From Mobula hypostoma (taxonomy: Eukaryota): a stretch of DNA of 64,000 bases. Below are positions 57,086-64,000 of this stretch, piece after piece. The notes below the pieces were generated by a model. It did no database searches. It was given only the letters and a program-made list of their open reading frames with translations, and was not told the DNA's origin. Numbering within the stretch: the stretch's first letter is position 1; each line of letters begins with the position of its first letter. A program made the translations under genes and the position numbers. The stretch covers positions 12,526,001 through 12,590,000 of the forward strand of contig NC_086118.1 in NCBI RefSeq assembly GCF_963921235.1. The letters run 5' to 3'.

Positions 57086-58974
57086 GTTGCTTCCACCGCC
57101 TTCTCTGGTAGTGTATTCCAGATTATAGACAATTTGCAAAAATTCTTCCTCAGATCCCACCTATAACTTTCATTCTGCACTTCAAATGTAGGACCAGAAA
57201 CTTGGACGGATACAAAATCAACCAGCTCACAAATGCTGTGCTTGCTTTCTCTGGTGTATTCATTGCTCCATAGCAACGTAGCTTAGTGCTTAAAGCCTTC
57301 TGTAATGGCCTGCGAAGCTTTTCAATTTCATCAAGCACTAACTCACAGAGCAGTCTCCTAGCGCCAGCATCTTAAGGCAACTCGTGATTAATACCGGATT
57401 GTCACTTATGCCCACATATGGAGAATGAGTTAAAAGATACAACTTCCATTAACTCTCAATAGCTATAAAACTAATACCATGTCCTCTTCCGATCCTCCCA
57501 TTTTAGTTTACGGAATAAAAATATGTTTATTGTGATTGGAATTTCAGCCCCAGGCAAGGGACAGACACAAAAAGAGATCAGCATTTTATTATCTCAGTAC
57601 AGCAGCTTTGCACTTCACTAAGAAAATACCACTTTGATCCAAGTCTACTTTTCTCCCTTTTCATTTACCTGGGTTGTCAGCTATCATTCAGTTCTTCCAG
57701 CAAGTGAATGAGTTCAGATGATTTAGTGAAGATACATTTCCCGTTTGATAACCATTGATCTCTCTTCCCATTTGGTCTATCACATTCTACTAGATGCCCC
57801 CATAAATCAAAATCCCAAGCTTCTCACTACAGCAGGAGGAAGAGGTGGCCAGAAAGCTGTCCTTCAAATTTCTGATGTTATAGAAAGACAGCACTCAGAA
57901 AGTGAAGGCACTTGTTTGAACTTCACCGCAGGTTCGCTTTCCCCCATCTCCGCATACAGGGCTGAGCCTTAACAGTTGACAACCACTATCCAATGACTTG
58001 TGGGCATATAGGGTAATGAAGATCAGAGACTAAGAATTCTGCTCTTACACTGGACCCACCTCACTGCCCAATCCATGACCTATCTCTTCTGCTGGCCACT
58101 GGTGAGATCACTTTACTGAATGGGACAATAAGTGATGTTAGAAACTCACCTAATTCGTTTATAATGTAAGCACCAATTTTCTTTTTGCAGTTTCTCATGC
58201 ACCTCACAAAAATGGGCAAAAAGTCCGGTATGATAAATATTGACATATTGTCAGGGCTTTATAGGGTTCTGGTAGTACTTGTCCCCCTACATAAACACAA
58301 GAAATTCTGTAGATGCTGGAAATCCAGAACAACATGCACAACATGCTGGAGGAACTTAGCAGGTCAGGTCAGGCAGCATCTATAGAAATGAATAAACAGT
58401 CAACCTTGTGCGCTGAGAGCCTTCTTTAATGGCTGCTGATCAGAAAGTCATTTCTAGTCCACTTTGAACTGAGCTTTTCACTTATTTTGCTTCATGATAA
58501 ACTTCTCTACCTCTCCTTTAACTTACAAGAAGCCACATCTAATCCATGGTTGGTTCTCATCAGTACCTGTTGAGTCTGCCCTCTGGATGATATTGTTTCC
58601 ACCCACCCTAGCCCAGCTTTCTTCTGTTTTTTTTTATTATGTTTCCACAGATCCTGGTTAGTCCATAAGATGGAGGGTAAATGATCTGATCTCCATTACC
58701 TTTTGATTATTCAGGGATAGATGACAAAATAGGATTCAGATACTCAGGAGATGTCAACTGGTTATTCAATCACAGTGTTGACTATAGTCATTTCCATTTT
58801 CAATGTTTACCCTCTCCTTTCTTTCCCTTCATGCATCGTGTGTCTAAATCAGTATTCTCAATTTACTCTCTGCCTTCCTGTCATTTTCTCTCATCCACAG
58901 TCTGCACTGCACATTTTGGGCCAGCCAGGAGCTATGGAACCATAATAAAAGCCAGAACCAGTCCCCATTAGGAG

Positions 58975-60562
58975 ATCAGAGGACGAGACGGTCAGTAAAT
59001 TTAAATTCCTTGGAGTTATCATTTCACACTATTTGTTCTGGGACTAGCAGGTATGTGCCCTTACAAAGACACAACAGTGCCACTACTTTTATTGAGGTTT
59101 CTGCAGATTTGGCACATCATCTAAAATTCTGACAAACTTCTGGAGATGCACAGCGGAAAGAGATTCTGGTGAGTCTGGAATAGAAACACCAATACCCAAA
59201 AAAGTAAAAGCCTTCAAAAGGTAATGGATACAGCCCAGTCCACAGCCCACAGGAAATCCCTCCCCATAATTAACCACAATTACAAGGAGCGCACCATCCA
59301 TATCAGGGACCCCACCAAACAGACAATGCTCTCTTCTCACTGCTGCCATCAGAAAGGATAGACAGAGCCTTAAGTTCCATGCCACCAGGTTCAAGAACAG
59401 TTATTACTCTTCAAACATCAAGCACCTGAACTAGTGTGGATAACTTCACTTAACTAACACTGAACTGATTCTACAACCTAGGTACTCAATTTCAGGGACT
59501 CTACAACTCAATTTCTCAGTATTATTTATTTACTTATTTATTATGACCGTTACTTGTTTATTTTCGCATTCACACTGTTTGCCTTCTTTTGCACATTGTT
59601 TGCCTGTCAGTCTCTGTGTAGTTTTTCATTGGTTAAATTGTTTCTTTGTTCTACTGTAAATGGAGGCGAAGTTAAGATGGCACTAAATGGCGACTTCTTT
59701 GCTTGCATCTTCGGAAATAGCTCTATTTCCATCTTTAACATCCTTACTTTTCCCTTTCAGGGTTCTTTTGAAGACCCTGACCTGGAGTTACACGCAGACA
59801 TCGGTTCTTTGAGGGAATGGGACTTGTTATCGGGGTTTCAGGACCGGCCATTGTTGTTCAGCATGCTAAGGGTTTGGCCTGACAGTCTGGCTCAAATTCA
59901 AAAGCCTAAGATCTCGGGGCTCTGGAGATGGACGGATTGAGGATCAGTGTCACAGCAGGAGACTCGTGTGTCGTCGGAGAAGGCCGGAAAATCTTTCGCT
60001 GTGGGCCCGAAGGCCCGAGATCTTTGTGATCTTCAGGCACAGACAGAGCTCATAAAAAGCAACAAAATGGACTATTAACATTGTAAACCAGCGGGTTGTG
60101 GTTATGTCTCCTGCTCGCTGTGAAAATGGGGGACATCGCCCTCTCCCTTAGAAGGGAGGGAGAGAACCTGTGGTTTGCCAGATGACAGATGAAATGCGAT
60201 AGTCTTTGGGGTAACTGCAAGGTCTGTGTCTTTGCTATTGCCTAGCTCAGCGGGTGCACTTTTTTTTCTGCTGGGAGGGGGAGGGGGATCGTGGCTTGCT
60301 GTCGCTTACACACAGGAGGGGGGAGCTGGGGGGACTTTGGGGTTTTCATGTTTAACTGTCATTCATTCTTTGGGGCACTTCTCTGTTTTCGTGGATGTTT
60401 GCGAAGAAAAAGCATTTTAGGATGTATATTGTATACATTTCTCTGACATTAAATTGAACCTTTGAACATTTGAAATGTCTGCAAGGAAATGAATCTCAAG
60501 GTAGCATATGGTAACATATACGTACGTACTTCGATAATAAGTTTACATTGAACTTTGAACTT
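58975..60562 (+). mobile_element. Rex1/Babar 3' fragment interrupted by the 59663-60472 element
   Basis: TTTAAATTCCTTGGAGTT (FKFLGV)..ACCAGGTTCAAGAACAG. The tail resumes after 60472 and ends (TTGAACT)n. Confidence 0.75.
59663..60472 (+). mobile_element. non-coding, non-autonomous retroelement, copy 2
   Basis: Starts GAGGCGAAGTTAAGATGGC, is collinear with 42648-43470 and ends TGAACCTTTGAACATTTG. Possible short TSD AAATG. Confidence 0.8.
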
Positions 60563-62647
60563 CTCCATCGGCATTCTTGTTCTCCTATTAGCCTTCTACG
60601 TGGCCTAAAAGAGCTACAGATGTGCTTTGTCGAGCAGCAGTGGTAATCTCCCATGGCAGCTCTCAATATTTGCCTCCCAATCAGCCTATAAAACAAAGGA
60701 TGATCCTTCCATCACTATGCCCGACAGATTTCTCTGCACAAATTGGTTGCCAGGTTTTCTCCCTTAACATAATGACTACCATTCAACAATACATCCCTCA
60801 TTCTAAAAGGCTGAAGCAATCTGAAGACATGAATGAATATTTTTCTGCAATATTTAGAGGAGTATGTGGGTATTGAGTCATATGAGAACACCAATGAGCA
60901 GAGTACCTGCATTTTCTTTCCAATAAATGCAACTTTTTACAATTGTGACCTTAATAAATAAACTTCCTACTGAGGACTGACCTGTGAAATAATCTACTCC
61001 AGCTGAGGGTGTGAATACATTTCCAAATATCTTTGTTCAAGAACAACATACAAGGATAATCAATTGTGTTCTTTATTAATATTAAAATAGCTGTGGTGGT
61101 TATGAAGCACTAGTAGAATAATTTAATTGAAATTCGGCACTCTGAGAGATTACACAGATCTGAATTCCTACCGATGTCTTTTACAATTCTGCAATTTTGT
61201 GAAAAAGAAGAATTTAATCTGATCATAATTTTGTACAAAGCTAGACATCTGCAGCATTTATATTTTCTTGAATCTTCAGGAATCCTATAAAAATGCTTCA
61301 CATAATGAAATCTAACTGTGTTTCTGATTATTGTACTGATTCTCTGATGTAACTCATGATTATACCATGTTTTGCTTTCCCCATCCTGAGAAATGAGTTC
61401 GGGATTTCTATCCCACTGAATCTCTTTATAATTTTAATATCAATTATATCATCCTAATGGTGAAACTATCGGTTTATCTTTAAGAACTGAGGATACCATG
61501 CAGTAGGATTTCAACACTACTATTCATAAACAGTTAACCCCCTTCAATGATTGAATGCTTATTGGTAGCTCTTCTGTTGTTTGCTTTGTGAAACACCTGA
61601 GAAGCTACAGACACTATACACCACGAGGAGAAGTTGGTGGTTGTGTTGGAGCCTCTGAGTCAACCATCGTAACTGAGATTTGCTCTTCCTTGGACTGTCT
61701 TAGTGTTGCACGCAGGGCTCTTGGTTGTTAAAGCTGGGTCTTGAACTAAAACATTGACTTTCTCTTTACTGCCACAGATGCTGCTTTACCCAGAGTTCTT
61801 TTTGCTTTGATGGTAGATCTTTTCCTGTAACATGCTTCAATGAACATCAATCCAAATAATCTGCTGCAGACTTTGTCAACTGGCAAAGGGCTTGTGAATT
61901 AGCTTGATAATCAGGCTAAACCCAAACAAAACATAATGCCAGCAGTACACACAAGATGCTGGAGGAATTCAGCAGGCCAAAGATTTCCAGCTTCTGCAGA
62001 TTTTCTAGTCTTTAAAATATTACCCTTTATTATTTTAATGTCTGGGAATCTTTCAGTCTTATTGATCTAGCCTTTATTATGATAGGAACATAAAATAACT
62101 ATCAAAAACTCATCATTATTAAATAGTTTAGTCAAAATAATAGCATATGATTGATCTGACTATACTCTGAGAAATACAGTAATACATCAGCATTTACCAA
62201 GTTAAAGTGAAGGCGTCTCACATGATTCAAGCAATTAAACTCAGCATGAATTGCTTTTAACTTCTATGTAAAAGAATTTTAGAAACAAAATTAAATTAAA
62301 ATTGAATCTATTTCTCCTCATGAGGATAACACAATCCCAAATTGCAAATGCATTGGAGGAAATCATGAGAAAAATGATAATTGGAATTATGTAATGAAGC
62401 AAATAAAATGAGGCTTTGTTAGAAGACAATTTGATTACTTAGCCTCTGATGTTTAAAATTTATTTTGCAGAAAATGGAGTGAAATTTATCTCAATGCAAA
62501 AAGGACGATTATAAACCTGCTGTCTTGAGCTGCTCCTAGATAGGATCAAAATCTATTAACTCATACCTATTTACAGAAGCGGGGTTTGGAGACAATTTTC
62601 AATCATGATCATTGTAGCTTTTGTTCTGCTTTATACATACAGAAGTT

Positions 62648-62853
62648 TTTATTTGCTTGTTGAGATACAGCACAGAATAGGCTCTTCTGGCACTTCAAGC
62701 CGAGCCACGCAACAACCCCCCAGTTTAATCCTAGCCTAATCACGGGACAATTTACAATGACCAATTTACCTACCAACCGGGTTGTCTTTGGAAGAAACCC
62801 ACATGGTTACAGGAAGAATGTATAAATTCTACAGGCAGCTGCGGGAATTGAAC
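62648..62853 (-). mobile_element. HE1-like V-SINE fragment with CR1/HER1-type tail
   Basis: ATACAGCACAGAATAGGC (CR1-like tail)..CAATTTACAATGACCAATTTACCTAC..GGGAATTGAAC (box B, reversed). Confidence 0.7.
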
Positions 62854-64000
62854 ATGCCATGTTGCAATTACAAAGGGGTTGAGAAAAGAGAAAGAGAAAG
62901 GGGAAGGGATGTCCTTTGGACTAGTGGCTAGGGATCTACTTGGGCTTCATTCAGGAGAAGATTGATGTAGGTGGCCATGGAAATAGCTTCCTGGAGGGAC
63001 TTGGCCTATACCGTGGGGGGGGGGGGGGTGATTCTAAAACTTCCACCTAATCAATGACATGGAAATATTACAGAGGTTTCATGAGAAAAATGGAAGGTAT
63101 GCCAAAATATGCAGTGTTAGGCTGTCCTTCATTGTACTAGGGAGAGTTTTCTTCATATCACTTGAATATCCCTTCCTTGACATTCCCACACTCCTAAGGA
63201 TTCAGTTGAAAGTTATCTGTAATCAATTGTAAAAAAAAAAAGTGAAGGGATTGTGAATTATCCATTCCTGGAATCCAAGTAGTTACATGGTCTGTGAACA
63301 ATCCTTCCTCTGATATTATGAAGTATTGTTACTGAAAATTCCTGCATGTGGCAAGTGCCCATTCATTTCAGCCAATGTGTAGAAAGGCTGTTAGTGGTCA
63401 CTTGGGCCTTGTTTCACAGGAATGGAGTTTAATCCCTTTTGCTCCATTTGCAAAAAATTGTTTTATCATGACAGAGGTTATTCCCAATAAAGGAACACAG
63501 ACCTTCAATAAATTGCAGTTTGTTCGTGATGATTAGTGCTTGTTGTCCATATTATATGTAAGGTTTGACATTGGATATATTTCTTGGCACTAGCTTTGTT
63601 CTAAATTGTAAGTAATTCAAAGGCACAAAATCCCTCAGCTGACTTTTTCTTCTGGAATATTGTCAGCTCCTCAGTAGCTGACCACAAAGTATGGCTAGCC
63701 GGTTGCCTAGGCTCTTCCAAGACTGTAATTGAAATAACCACAGAATTCTCCAGTGAGTAAAGTAATCATTAATTAGCAAAAAAAATGTTGGAGAAACTCG
63801 ATGGGCCAGGCAGCATCTGTGGAAGGAATAGATAGTTGTTGTCTCAGTTGATGGATCCTGTCTGACCAATACTTTCTTGTTTTTGTTTCCTCCAGATTCC
63901 AGCACCTGCAGTCTTTCTTGTCTCTGTGATTGGCAACTACATCTCTGGTACTGTTTCTTCAGTTATTCACACTTCAGTTACTGCATAAGGACACTTCATG

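Noticed and set aside
57261..57277. RFX X-box-like CATTGCTCCATAGCAAC
   Set aside because: Only one good half-site and no other promoter evidence.
58143..58233. Overlapping splice-like signals on both strands
   Set aside because: Conflicting orientations, short unrecognised peptides, and likely chance.

Overview
Vertebrate nuclear DNA made up mostly of decayed transposable elements. The repeat mix (CR1/HER1-type LINEs, HE1-like V-SINEs, Rex1/Babar LINEs and many Penelope-like elements) suggests a cartilaginous fish, probably a ray; this is an inference from recalled repeat families. I could not recognise any intact host protein-coding gene. Nearly all listed ORFs are TE fragments or their antisense shadows. 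Supported elements: several CR1 copies (one young, near full-length ORF2 at 45.4-48.6 kb), Rex1/Babar fragments, a Gypsy LTR element with an L1 inserted in its LTR, a sushi-type Gypsy remnant, an RTE LINE inserted in a Penelope element, four long Penelope copies from about three families carrying degenerate hammerhead-ribozyme motifs, a Helitron helicase remnant, hAT MITEs and several SINEs. The most unusual structures are a 1.6 kb fold-back Tc1 made of two transposase 3' halves joined head-to-head, a nested hAT-in-hAT element carrying a CpG-rich 15-bp array, and a Penelope element with an inverted pseudo-LTR. A few splice-site-bounded candidate exons and microexons lie in TE-free islands, but they are unverified. 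I found no evidence of a new multi-gene system. Boundaries of old elements are approximate, and family names come from recalled motifs, not database searches.
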